A DNA stretch of 64,000 bases from Chrysomallon squamiferum (GCA_012295275.1 CM022673.1:7254001-7318000); one strand, 5' to 3'. Shown: positions 51,301 through 63,464, numbered from the stretch's first letter. Numbers and translations: made by a program. The notes: generated by a model from the letters alone, not told the origin.

Positions 51301-54300
51301 GCACTAGTGGAAGACCACATAGAAGATGTTGCAATCGTGGATATTCATTCAGTGTTACTACCAGACAATGTGTAGTTGACAGCAATTGTAACGATCCGTG
51401 CCCATGGCGCCCTCCAGGTACTTATCGTTTCATCTGTGTATGCGTTTTGTGAAAAATAAGAAAAATTAGCAAATTATGTGTTGTATTGTTATAATGGCCT
51501 TTAAAATCAGTAACATTTGCTATGTTATTTCGGAAATATGTTTCAGTAATCAATCTCTGCCAATAGCTGGTCTTTGCTCTGGATACTGGGTCTGTGCGAC
51601 TGGTACACCATACAAAGGATGCTAAACTATGGGATATTTGTTCCGTGTGATTAAAAGATAGTGTATACTTCATAGCAACTGCCGTCGTTTTTGATCAGCA
51701 GGTGGTCCTGGGAGAAAAGAACAAAATTCTTCTTTAATAATAAGCGAAATAGATTACTATAATGCGCGGAGTTTATTTTATTTTTTATTGTTATAATCAT
51801 CTCTGAAATCGCTATCATTTGCTATGTTGTCTCTGCAGTCTGTTACGACAGGCAATTTCAGCCAATGCCAGGTGTTTGTTCCGGTTACTTGGACTGCACT
51901 ACGGGAAATCCATACAGAAGATGTTGTCCAAGTGGATATGCATTCAGTGTAACCACCAGACAGTGTGTTGTTGACTCAGCTTGTAATGATCAGTGCTCAG
52001 TTAGAGGTAGTTAACTTTTTGTCTGTGTTCGTCTTTTTTGTCAAAATAAGGAAAATAATCGAGTCTTAACATATTTCGTTTTGTTTTCATATTGTTATGT
52101 TTTCTTAAAATCATAAATCGTTACTGTGTGTTTCAGACATGTGCTACAATAATCAGCGACTGCCAATACCAGGAATCTGTTGTGGATATTGGGACTGTTC
52201 GTCTGGAACTCCATTGACAAAATGTTGCCCTACTGGATATTCTTTCAGTGTTACGACCAGACAATGTGTAGTTGACAGCAATTGTAATGATCCGTGTCCA
52301 TGGGGCGGTAGGGGTAGTTTACGTTTTTTCTGTGTATGCATTTTGTCAAAAAAAAATGAAAAAGAAGCAAATTATATGTTGTATAGTTATAATGGGCGGA
52401 ATTTTTTTTTTTGTATTATTGTTTTACTAATCTCTAAAAACGCTATGTTGTTACAGACGTCTGTTCCGGTAGGGATATGCAGCCAATGCCAGGTGTTTGT
52501 TCCGGTTATTTGGACTGCACTAGTGGAAGACCACATAGAAGATGTTGCAATCGTGGATATTCATTCAGTGTTACTACCAGACAATGTGTAGTTGACAGCA
52601 ATTGTAACGATCCGTGCCCATGGCGCCCTCCAGGTACTTATCGTTTCATCTGTGTATGCGTTTTGTGAAAAATAAGAAAAATTAGCAAATTATGTGTTGT
52701 ATTGTTATAATGGCCTTTAAAATCAGTAACATTTGCTATGTTATTTCGGAAATATGTTTCAGTAATCAACCTAAAATAGCTGGTCTTTGCTCTGGATACT
52801 GGGTCTGTGCGACTGGTACACCATACAAAGGATGCTAAACTATGGGATATTTGTTCCGTGTGATTAAAAGATAGTGTATAGTTGATAGCAACTGCCGTCG
52901 TTTTTGATCAGCAGGTGGTCCTGGGAGAAAAGAACAAAATTCTTCTTTAATAATAAGCGAAATAGATTACTACAATGCGCGGAGTTTATTTTTTATTTTT
53001 TATTGTTATAATAATCTCTAAAAACGCTATGTTGTTTCAACAGGCTGTTACGGTAGGGATATGGAGCCAATGCCAGGTTTTTGTTCCGGTTACTTGGATT
53101 GCACTACAGGAAATCCATACAAAAGATGTTGCCCAAATGGATATGCATTGTAACCACCAGACAGTGTGTTGTTGACTCAACTTGTAATGATCAATGCTCA
53201 GTTAGAGGTAGTTAACTTTTTGTCTGTGTTCGTCTTTTGTCAAAATAAGGAAAATAATCGAGTCTTAACATATTTCGTTTTGTTTTCATATTATTATGTT
53301 TTCTTAAAATCATAAATCGTTACTGTGTGTTTCAGAGGGTGCTACAATAATCAGCGACTGCCAATACCAGGAATCTGTTTGTTGGATATTGGGACTGTTC
53401 GTCTGGAACCCATTGACAAAATGTTGCCCTACTGGATATTCTTTCAGTGTTACGACCAGACAATGTGTAGTTGACAGCAATTGTAATGATCCGTGTCCAT
53501 GGGGCGGTAGGGGTAGTTTACGTTTTTTCTGTGTATGTATTTTGTCAAAAAAGTGAAAAAGAAGGAAATTATATGTTGTATAGTTGTAATGGGCGGAATT
53601 TTTGTTTTTGTATTATTGTTTTACTAATCTCTAAAAACGCTATGTTGTTTCATTAGGCTGTTCCGGTAGGGATATGGAGCCAATGCCAGGTGTTTGTTCC
53701 GGTTATTTGGACTGCACTAGTGGAAGACCACATAGAAGATGTTGCAATCGTGGATATTCATTCAGTGTTACTACCAGACAATGTGTAGTTGACAGCAATT
53801 GTAACGATCCGTGCCCATGGCGCCCTCCAGGTACTTATCGTTTCATCTGTGTATGCGTTTTGTGAAAAATAAGAAAAATTAGTAAATTATGTGTTGTATT
53901 GTTATAATGGCCTTTAAAATCAGTAACATTTGCTATGTTATTTCGGAAATATGTTTCAGTAATCAATCTCTGCCAATAGCTGGTCTTTCCTCTGGATACC
54001 GGGTCTGTGCGACTGGTACACCATACAAAGGATGCTAAACTATGGGATATTTGTTCCGTGTGATTAAAAGATAGTGTATACTTCATAGCAACTGCCGTCG
54101 TTTTTGATCAGCAGGTGGTCCTGGGAGAAAAGAACAAAATTCTTCTTTAATAATAAGCGAAATAGATTACTATAATGCGCGGAGTTTATTTTATTTTTTA
54201 TTGTTATAATCATCTCTGAAATCGCTATCATTTGCTATGTTGTCTCTGCAGTCTGTTACGACAGGCAATTTCAGCCAATGCCAGGTGTTTGTTCCGGTTA

Positions 54301-57300
54301 CTTGGACTGCACTACGGGAAATCCATACAGAAGATGTTGTCCAAGTGGATATGCATTCAGTGTAACCACCAGACAGTGTGTTGTTGACTCAGCTTGTAAT
54401 GATCAGTGCTCAGTTAGAGGTAGTTAACTTTTTGTCTGTGTTCGTCTTTTGTCAAAATAAGGAAAATAATCGAATCTTAACATATTTCGTTTTGTTTTCA
54501 TATTATTATGTTTTCTTAAAATCTTAAATCGTTACTGTGTGTTTCCGACATGTGCTACAATAAGCAGCGACTGCCAATACCAGGAATCTGTTGTGGATAT
54601 TGGGACTGTTCGTCTGGAACTCCATTGACAAAATGTTGCCCTACTGGATATTCTTTCAATGTTACGACCAGACAATGTGTAGTTGACAGCAATTGTAATG
54701 ATCCGTGTCCATGGGGCGGTAGGGGTAGTTTACGTTTTTTCTGTGTATGCATTTTGTCAAAAAAGTGAAAAAGAAGCAAATTATATGTTGTATAGTTATA
54801 ATGGGCGGAAGTTTTGTTTTGTATTATTGTTTTACTAATCTCTAAAAACGCTATGTTGTTTCATTAGGCTGTTCCGGTAGGGATATGGAGCCAATGCCAG
54901 GTGTTTGTTCCGGTTATTTGGACTGCACTAGTGGAAGACCACATAGAAGATGTTGCAATCGTGGATATTCATTCAGTGTTACTACCAGACAATGTGTAGT
55001 TGACAGCAATTGTAACGATCCGTGCCCATGGCGCCCTCCAGGTACTTATCGTTTCATCTGTGTATGCGTTTTGTGAAAAATAAGAAAAATTAGCAAATTA
55101 TGTGTTGTATTGTTATAATGGCCTTTAAAATCAGTAACATTTGCTATGTTATTTCGGAAATATGTTTCAGTAATCAACCTCTGCCAATAGCTGGTCTTTG
55201 CTCTGGATACTGGGTCTGTGCGACTGGTACACCATACAAAGGATGCTAAACTATGGGATATTTGTTCCGTGTGATTAAAAGATAGTGTATAGTTGATAGC
55301 AACTGCCGTCGTTTTTGATCAGCAGGTGGTCCTGGGAGAAAAGAACAAAATTCTTCTTTAATAATAAGCGAAATAGATTACTACAATGCGCGGAGTTTAT
55401 TTTTTATTTTTTATTGTTATAATAATCTCTAAAAACGCTATGTTGTTTCAACAGGCTGTTCCGGTAGGCATATGCAGCCAATGCCAGGTGTTTGTTCCGG
55501 TTACTTGGACTGCACTACGGGAAATCCATACAGAAGATGTTGCCCAAGTGGATATGCATTCAATGTAACCACCAGACAGTGTGTTGTTGACTCAACTTGC
55601 TATGATAAGTGCTCAGAACACGTTCCAGGTAATTAACTTTTTGTCTGTGTTCGTCTTTTGTCAAAATAAGAAAAATAATCGAGTCTTAAATTATTTCGTA
55701 TTGTTTTCATATTATTTTGTTTTCTTAAAATCACAGACAGTCTCTCCGTTTTTCAGACATGTGCTACACTAAGCAGCGACTGCCAATACCAGGAATCTGT
55801 TGTGGATATTGGGACTGTTCGTCTGGAATTCCATTCGCACGATGTTGCCCTACTGGATATTCATTCAGTGTTAACTCCAGACAATGTGTAGTCGACAGCA
55901 ATTGTAATGATCCGTGTTCATGGCCCCATGGTAGGGGTAATTTACGTTTTTTCTGTGTATGCATTTTGTGAAAAAAGTGAAAAAGAAGCAAATTATATTT
56001 TGTATAGTTATAATGGGCGGAATTTTTGTTTTTGTTACAGGAGTCTGTTCCGGTAGGGATATGGAGCCAATGCCAGATGTTTGTTCCGGTTATTTGGACT
56101 GCACTAGTGGAAGACCACATAGAAGATGTTGCAATCGTGGATATTCATTCAGTGCCACCACCAGAACATGTGTAGTTAATAGGAACTGCCATGATGTTTG
56201 TTCCGTAACTGTTTCCGGTAAAAAACATTCTTCTTTAATTACAGGCGAAATAGATTATGACGGAATTTCAGAAATAGTTGGTGTTTTTTATGTTTCTGTT
56301 ATAATGACCTGTAACACCGTTGTCATTTGTCGTGTTGTTTCAGCAATCTGTTACATTTGTAGTAGTAGTAGTAGTAGTAGTAATAGTAACAGTAATACCA
56401 GTGGTAATGATATTGAAATGGTAACAGTAGTTTTAGTAGTAGTTATAGTAATATTAGTTGTAGTAGACTTGTTGTATTTTCTATTATTGCTGTTGTTGTT
56501 GTTGTTGTTATTATTTATATATTATTATTATTATTATTAATATTATTATTAATATTATTATTATAATTATTATTATTACTATTACTATTATTATTATTAT
56601 TATTTATATATTATTATTATTATTATGATTATTATTATTACTATTATTATTATTATTATGATAACAGGTGTTTGTGATGATTGTCTGATGACCAATGGAG
56701 TTGGCTATGTTGCCCATCCAGACTGCACTCGTTATTATCAGTGTTCTTATGACGAGAGCCACAACATTGTCGCTACCATTCGAAGATGTCCTTTCGGACT
56801 GTTCTGGAATCAAAAGATACTGACTTGCGATTACCCAGACAACGTTCTTTGTCGTAAAAGTAAGTATAGAAATAATGCTTCGTACAATAATTGTACAAAT
56901 CCATAAGAATTAAAATTGTATATTGAAATGTAAACTGTCTGTCGTTTTCCAATTGTTCGGTTTTTAAGGGGTGATTTTACTTTTTTTTTAATTTCTTTTT
57001 TTCTTTTTTTTTTTGTTCTTTTCTAGGTTTTTTTATTTTTTATTTGTTTTATTTGTTATTATTGTTGTTAGTGACAAAGGATAATGTGTGGAATAAATGA
57101 ATCAATGCAAATATAGAATTAATCATGTTTTCTGGGCTTGGCTGTTACAGTGATATGACTATGATGATGATGTTGATGATGATGATAATGATGATGATGA
57201 TGATGACAACATCGACAGTGATTAGAATAAATGCGCTGACGACGATGACGACAATGATCGTCATGACGATTTTAAATACCATATTACATAACATGTATTA

Positions 57301-58929
57301 TTAGTAATTGTCACTTCATTGTTTCAGAAATCTGTTTCAATAATACACCACAACGAGCAGATGGTTTCTGCTGTGGTTACTGGGACTGTAGTAATGGAAA
57401 ACCATTTGGCCGTCGATGTCCTGCCGGACATTCTTTCAGTGTGGTCACTAGAAAATGTGTAGCTGATTCAAAATGTACTGATATCTGTACGAATGTGACT
57501 GGTGGAAGTACGTTCTTTCTTAATATAAATCAGAAATATTGCCGTTTTAGAATCTTGTAAAGTGATATGTGTTTTTTTTTTTTTGTGTGTGTTTATTATA
57601 GTCAAGAAGAAAACTGTTAGTGTACAGTGAGAACTTTTTCATATATATTTAAATGATATTTTGTTCTCTCTTTCTTGAATGTCTTTTAATATTATATTCC
57701 TTTGAAGAAAAAAAACGAGTTAAATTTAGATGTAATTAATCGATAGGTTGTTCGTTTATTGGTTATGCCTACTTTATTATAATAACATATTGCTATTGGT
57801 TATATTTATATATATATAATTTTTAGTGATTATTGTACTAATATACGTCTGTGTGTCTGTGTGTGTGTGTGTGTGTGTGTATGCACTGATTAATTTTATA
57901 ATCTATCGGTTGCTGTTTGTAACAGCTGGTCCCTGTGACAAGCTGCCTCTTCCTGATAGGACTAAGTACAGGCAGTGGTCACCCTCTGGTTGGAAAATCA
58001 TGCCATGCGCACCATCCACCTATTTCGTTGCACGTGACTGTGGTTGTTCAGGAATCTTGCACGGTCACCATGCAGGTATGCATATATATATATATATATA
58101 TATTTTATTTTTATTTATTTATTTATATGTTTATTTACTGTATTTTTGAAATCCATAAATTCTTTGGTAATTTAATTTTAAATATACTGCTGATGTTTAT
58201 AGTGTAACATATTTCAACTTAAAAGTTGAAGCAACATTGTTGTTGTTGTAGTTGTTGTTGTTGTTGTTGTGCTGGTGGTGGTATTTTTGTTATTGTTTTT
58301 AGTGTTGTTTTTTGTTGTTGGTTAACTCAAATATTATATTTTCACTTCTTTTCTTAGATGTTTAAAGTCTTTTTTTTTTTTTCTTTTAAATTTTCTTTCT
58401 CGTTATTTAATATTTATTTAATTTTTATTTTTCTTTCTCTTTTTCTTTTTAATCTATTCAGTCTGTCTGCCCGAGCTGTTGCTGCCTTTTACTTCATCAA
58501 CCGATGACCAATCTGGCAAAAACGTCCACGTCGAAAACAACGGGGTCTCCGTAAGCAATGGGGTCGCTTATTTCAACGGCAAGGCAAACCTGAGGATCAA
58601 CCGTTTCTCCAACAGCTGGTTTGGCAAGACGGTGTACATCACTGTGAAGTACAGGCAGATCGATTACATCCATCCTCAAAGCATTCTCGGTAACGGAGAC
58701 TGCGGCGAGTCACCAACTCTTCTGATTGGCACTTACCGAAACCGAGTCCACTTTTACGCAAAAACATCCGGCAGTGTTCAGCCAGTTAACTTCACCGTCC
58801 CAGATAACGTTAGTATTAGTTAGGTTATAGTATTCATTATTATTATTATTATTATTATTTATTATTATTTATTATTATTTATTTATTATTATTATTATTT
58901 ATTATTATTATTATTTATTATTATTATTA

Positions 58930-58973
<44 letters not shown>

Positions 58974-59041
58974 GTTTTTCTTTCATACAATAGTTAATAA
59001 ATTCAGACATTTAGTTAATAAATACAGACATTTATTTAATA

Positions 59042-59104
<63 letters not shown>

Positions 59105-60137
59105 ATTTATTTTAGTTCGTCTTAGCAATACAACTATTTGCCAATTAAATTTACCCAGAACGGTTCCAAAACCACAGTTCACTTTGCCTCTTACAGTATA
59201 TAATTTCATTTTTTTTTTAAATGTTTTTTAGAGCAATGGATACAGGATTGCAAAATTCACTTTAGACGGTGGAAAACTGACAGGTCGAACTGGAACAAGT
59301 GGACGCACAGCCATAGCTTTAGGTTAGAGCGATATCTGGTTTTTTTTTTTTAATTATATTATGTTTATGTAATTTTTTACTTTTATTTTACTTTAAATCG
59401 AGGAATTTATAAACTATGACTCCAAGAATGAATATCTTTCTTTTACCGACATCATCATCATCATCATCATTATTATTACTAATATTAACATTGTTTATTT
59501 GTTTATTATGTTTATTTATTTATTTATTTATTTTATTATATTTTATTTAACACATAAAATAATTTTAAATTTTAACAATTTAAGAATATTTCGGGTAGGA
59601 CAATGTATTTAATGAAAATAAATAATTTTCAGTTCAGTAGTACATTGCATAGTTTCGTATGGAATATCTAATGTTATAGTTATTTCCCTTGCTATTGTCG
59701 CAGCTAATGCATTCTTATTTAAATATCAATTAATCTGTTAATGTATTGAGTTATTTAGTTAATTATTAGTTACTTTACTTTAATTCACTTCACTTCTCTT
59801 CAGTTTAATTTAATTTATTTTATTTTACAAGGTCGTTGTTTTGTGTGGGTTATTATTATTATTTTTTTTTGTTGTTGTTGTTGTCGTTGCTGTATTTTTT
59901 CTGTTAAGACGCTGCAAAATAGCAACAGAGAAATTATAAAAATACTTTAATTATCTGTATATTTAAGTATTTAATAAATGTATTCACAGGTAATCTAGAA
60001 ACAACGAGAAGAAGTCTGACCATTGGAACCTGTGGACAATGCACGGGTTACAGTTTCAAGGGTTACATCGATCATGTAAATACCTGTTATTAGATAAATA
60101 CAACTTATCTATGTAGTAATTTGCATGCAGTGAATGT

Positions 60138-60221
<84 letters not shown>

Positions 60222-60556
60222 GGTAGATGGCTAGATATATATACATCAACTGGATTAAGCATATATACACACACACACACACACACACATACGGACTTAC
60301 ATACATTACTTCTTATATACATACATACATACATACAAACATACACACATACAAATAAATACAGTAAAAAAGAGACAGACAGATAGAAAGAGAGGTATAC
60401 AGAAAGACAAAGAGAGAGAAAGAGATGAAGAAGAATAATTCTGACGAATTCAACGACATATTTATTGTATTACTGATTTGGAAAGCATTAAATGGAACTT
60501 GAAGCGTGGAAGTCATTAATTGTAAGCTGATTTAATACATGTTTTATTTTAATTTA

Positions 60557-60630
<74 letters not shown>

Positions 60631-60663
60631 TTACAGGTTGCGATATATCTCTGCAAACCTTAG
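36258..60663 (+). CDS. Gene B: secreted Pif-like ChtBD2/LamG protein with a greatly expanded array of ChtBD2-like module exons (~2600 aa if all intact exons are included)
   Basis: Signal exon, 42 module exons (38 apparently intact), two canonical ChtBD2 exons, a linker and four LamG-like exons. The 3' exon structure mirrors gene A. Every intron up to the LamG exon is phase 1. Confidence 0.8.
36815..39200. repeat. ~237-bp direct repeats (36815-37051 and 38963-39200) flanking module block 1
   Basis: agaaa.tgtagcagggaaacaaaata...gaaatagcccacgtattgaaaacagccgg...aaacgtaaatacatttgtcta in both copies. Confidence 0.85.
37431..38803 (+). CDS. Gene B module exons, block 1: 37431-37607, 37735-37911, 38313-38489 (GAG acceptor), 38627-38803
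   Basis: Each is 177 nt, phase 1-1, C..C[SC]GY[LW]DC..CCP.GY.F..C..C..C. Confidence 0.7.
40111..40302 (+). CDS. Gene B canonical ChtBD2 exon 1
   Basis: ICGHCKNSNRGCYVAHPDCNRYYQCDY..RCPYGLYWNKKLLTCDYPHNVEC; G|GTATGT. Confidence 0.85.
41577..45798 (+). CDS. Gene B module exons, block 2: 41577-41759, 42143-42316, 42445-42633, 43186-43359, 43488-43676, 43793-43969, 44403-44579, 44708-44896, 45014-45190, 45625-45798 (plus a garbled copy from 42750)
   Basis: AG/GT-bounded, stop-free, lengths are multiples of 3, phase 1-1. Confidence 0.78.
45927..49007 (+). CDS. Gene B module exons, block 3: 45927-46103, 46598-46774, 46916-47092, 47221-47397, 47892-48068, 48210-48386, 48513-48689, 48834-49007
   Basis: Same criteria as block 2. 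Confidence 0.78.
49124..49300 (+). pseudogene. Representative dead module pseudo-exon (related copies near 37120, 38020, 46220, 47514, 50328, 51534, 52750, 53947, 55158)
   Basis: Acceptor cag>cgg, donor gt>gg, in-frame TAA, TAG and TGA in a sequence otherwise alignable to the modules. Confidence 0.8.
49421..52633 (+). CDS. Gene B module exons, block 4: 49421-49588, 49717-49893, 50038-50211, 50625-50792, 50921-51097, 51244-51417, 51839-52006, 52137-52313, 52457-52633
   Basis: Same criteria as block 2; triplets repeat every ~1.2 kb. Confidence 0.78.
53044..53512 (+). pseudogene. Two module exons disrupted by indels (or consensus errors)
   Basis: 53044-53207 lacks 'cagt' (164 nt, frameshift); 53336-53512 has -1/+2/-1 indels. 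Confidence 0.55.
53657..56217 (+). CDS. Gene B module exons, block 5: 53657-53830, 54252-54419, 54868-55041, 55455-55628, 55757-55936, 56041-56217 (54548-54724 lacks AG)
   Basis: Same criteria as block 2. Confidence 0.75.
56668..56859 (+). CDS. Gene B canonical ChtBD2 exon 2
   Basis: VCDDCLMTNGVGYVAHPDCTRYYQCSY..RCPFGLFWNQKILTCDYPDNVLC; A|GTAAGT. Confidence 0.9.
57328..57507 (+). CDS. Gene B Cys module exon after ChtBD2
   Basis: ICFNNTPQRADGFCCGYWDCSNGKPFGRRCPAGHSF; positional counterpart of 23556-23735. Confidence 0.85.
57926..58075 (+). CDS. Gene B Cys linker exon
   Basis: GPCDKLPLPDRTKYRQWSPSGWKIMPCAPSTYFVARDCGC. Confidence 0.87.
58462..58808 (+). CDS. Gene B LamG-like exon 1
   Basis: CLPELLLPF..VAYFNGKANLRINRFSNSWFG; 347 nt. 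Confidence 0.9.
59232..59322 (+). CDS. Gene B LamG-like exon 2
   Basis: SNGYRIAKFTLDGGKLTGRTGTSGRTAIAL; 91 nt. Confidence 0.82.
59990..60075 (+). CDS. Gene B LamG-like exon 3
   Basis: GNLETTRRSLTIGTCGQCTGYSFKGYIDH. Confidence 0.85.
60637..60663 (+). CDS. Gene B terminal exon
   Basis: ttacag|VAIYLCKP*. Confidence 0.8.
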   Translation, partial: VAIYLCKP

Positions 60664-61849
60664 AGGAAAGGAAAAAGTGAGATGAAGTGCGAGCTTTCTT
60701 CGAAATCCTGAAAATTTTCATAGTCCTCAAATTTGCACATCACCTCAGATATTTATACTTCATAGCTTATATTTATCCACATTTATTTGTGTATTATTTT
60801 ATATTTATTTATTTGTTTGTTTGTATGTCACTGATTGTGAACATCATGAGCATAATCTGACGAGATAAAAACTTTTTGCAGAAACATAAATTAAGAAATA
60901 ATGTATTAAGCGTACAACCGAGTTTGACTGTTCGTTTGCAAAAGGTTCATCTCCTCTTTTCATTCGAGAAAATTACAAAAAAAACAACAACGAATTCTAT
61001 ATTATTTTCCTTCAGCATAAGGGAAACAATTCATAGAGTGAAAGAAATTTGTCTATCAGTTTCCGCAATAAAAAAAAAAATGTTCGTGACATACAAAGCT
61101 TTAACCGTAGCTTGATTAACATTATTATCGTACATATAACGTTTCTTTTAACATCGATTTAATTAACTTTCAACCTCCAAATTTCTTCTCAGTAATTGGT
61201 GTTTCGGTTTTATAGAATAAAGTTTTCTATATGCTTTCGGCTTTTCATAACCAATTCTCTTTTCCTTTTTTTTTTTTTTTTTGATGTTTTTTTTTAACAC
61301 CTGGGTTTTTACAATAAAGTTTTGTCAACGACTTTGTCGTTTCATAAAGTTTCATAAAGTTTTTTTACTACCAGATTTTTGCAACTGCACCGGTTTTTGC
61401 ACTTTCCTATACTGAAAGAACCATTGTTATGTCATTTTATTTGATGTATCTTTTTTATTTATATAGCGTTATATTTAGCCTTCGGTGCTTTATGCCTCTT
61501 TATGCATGTCACGATTCTGTCAGCTGTCACTTGGTTATTGTTTATGTATAAGCTGCATGTTATGTTGACATTAATACGAATTTGTGAGAAAATTACTCTT
61601 TTTTTTATCTATGGGGATATATTCTGTAACAACTGAGTGTTGGTCAAATAGTACTGATATTTTAATTTCGCTGTTGCTAAATGTATTTTGTTTTCATAAT
61701 AAATTTGTTTTAAGCATTTGTTGAATAGGTTATTTGTTTTGTTTTATTCTTCACTGTTTAATTTCTGTTTAGGTAGTTTTGTATTTTGAATTTTAATACT
61801 TTTCAATTTACTATGCTGAACTTAGTTGCACTTCTCTCCATTGTATGAC

Positions 61850-62120
61850 GTTATACTATACTGCACTAACTATACTAAACAACACCCCACTTCACTTAAC
61901 TACACTACACTAAACTTCAACATACTGCATCACACAACACTACACTACACTACACTACTCTGTACTACACTACACTGTACTACATCACACACACTACACT
62001 ACACTACACTACACTACACTACATTGTACTACATCACACTACACTATACTACATCACGTAACACTACACTACACTACCCTACACATCATACGACACTACA
62101 CTACATTATACAGCACTACT
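61850..62120. repeat. Degenerate (ACACT)n pentanucleotide satellite
   Basis: acactacactacact runs. Confidence 0.85.
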
Positions 62121-63059
62121 CTGTGCTACATTGCAGTGCGTATTTAAATGTTCTTGTCGGCGAAAGAGCGACTTGTGCTGAACACAGATTAACCCTGTCC
62201 AAGAAGACAAATAAAGGACAAACCACAACAGACCTCCTCATCCTTAAATAAACTTAAACACGGAAATAAATTATCCAGCTACACTGTACACATGAATAAT
62301 GCTCGTCGCCTTTACAACATGACTGTGAATTCTTAGTGTGCAGGGCAGAACAAAAGTGATGCATTACATAAGATGTAAAGTTAAGACAAATCCTTCAGAC
62401 ACCACTTGTATCCTTCATATTCTAATACCTGTTGCACCTTTATTACATATTTTTTGATAATATTTATTCTTTATTTGCAATCTGAAAGTGGTTTTTGTTT
62501 GAAGTCTGATTGTTCATAGACTAAAAACCATCAGAGTTGTGGGGTCTATTTGATTATATGAAACTGGGTGTACGTTAGTCACAGTTTAAAACAATAATTA
62601 CAAAAAATATGTATAAATCATTTGGACTTCCAACGAAAGGTAAACGTTACTTTCAAGCTTGGATTCTGAAAATAGACAAAGTGAAAATATTTATTTGCAT
62701 TTTTATTATAAAGCATTTCAGACAAAGCCGGTTACACAGAATAAAGATCCAGGTGTACAGACAACATAACAAAATATTAAAGGTCACAATAAAATAACTG
62801 GAAATTATTACAAAAGCATTTCATATTTTGGCGGTTTTGCCAAAAAGTCAAAATAAATAAAATAAAATAAAAATTCCAAAAAACCCTGCTACGCCTAAAC
62901 TATACCCAAAAAATTAAAAAGGATATTTCACGTCTGCTTATTATGATAAGTAAAGTTATACTCCGAAAATAAGCAAAATGACAATAACAAAAATATCAAT
63001 AGCAGTAAAATTAAATTAAATAAAAGTAGCGGAAACTTGTCAAAAAGAGAGTGAGAGAC

Positions 63060-63161
<102 letters not shown>

Positions 63162-63464
63162 CAATTTTATTCTTAGCTACTCGGATATGTTATAGAAAAC
63201 ATTAAGAATTTATTATTATGACCAAATACCTTAACTGTTTAAATAAACAGTTTCTTTTTTGTTTAATCTTCGAATTTCATATCTGCCTCTAACTACGATT
63301 TATTCAACAAAAAAAAAAATATATATATATTTAAAACCCCATGATTTAACAAAAGCACAACAAATATATACAACAACCTTCTGCTATCGACACGTAAGAA
63401 TTACATTTTTTGGCATGTTTCTCGTCCATCTTTTGTCTTTAGCAATACGACCATCTGCATAATG

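Larger units (their letters stand above)
42100..56480. repeat. Tandem exon-intron array (~300-bp monomer) with higher-order periods of ~1220, 1294 and ~1205 bp
   Basis: Equivalent exon starts at 43488/44708, 45927/47221 and 48834/50038/51244/52457/53657/54868. Confidence 0.9.

Noticed and set aside
41570-56217. Each MQPMPG../MCY.. ORF as a separate small Cys-rich peptide gene (defensin or toxin-like)
   Set aside because: No individual signal peptides; conservation is bounded by AG/GT sites in phase 1, so they are exons of one gene.
42100-56480. CRISPR-like or pure satellite reading of the array
   Set aside because: Eukaryotic context; units are splice-site-bounded coding exons with conserved Cys, not repeat-spacer units.
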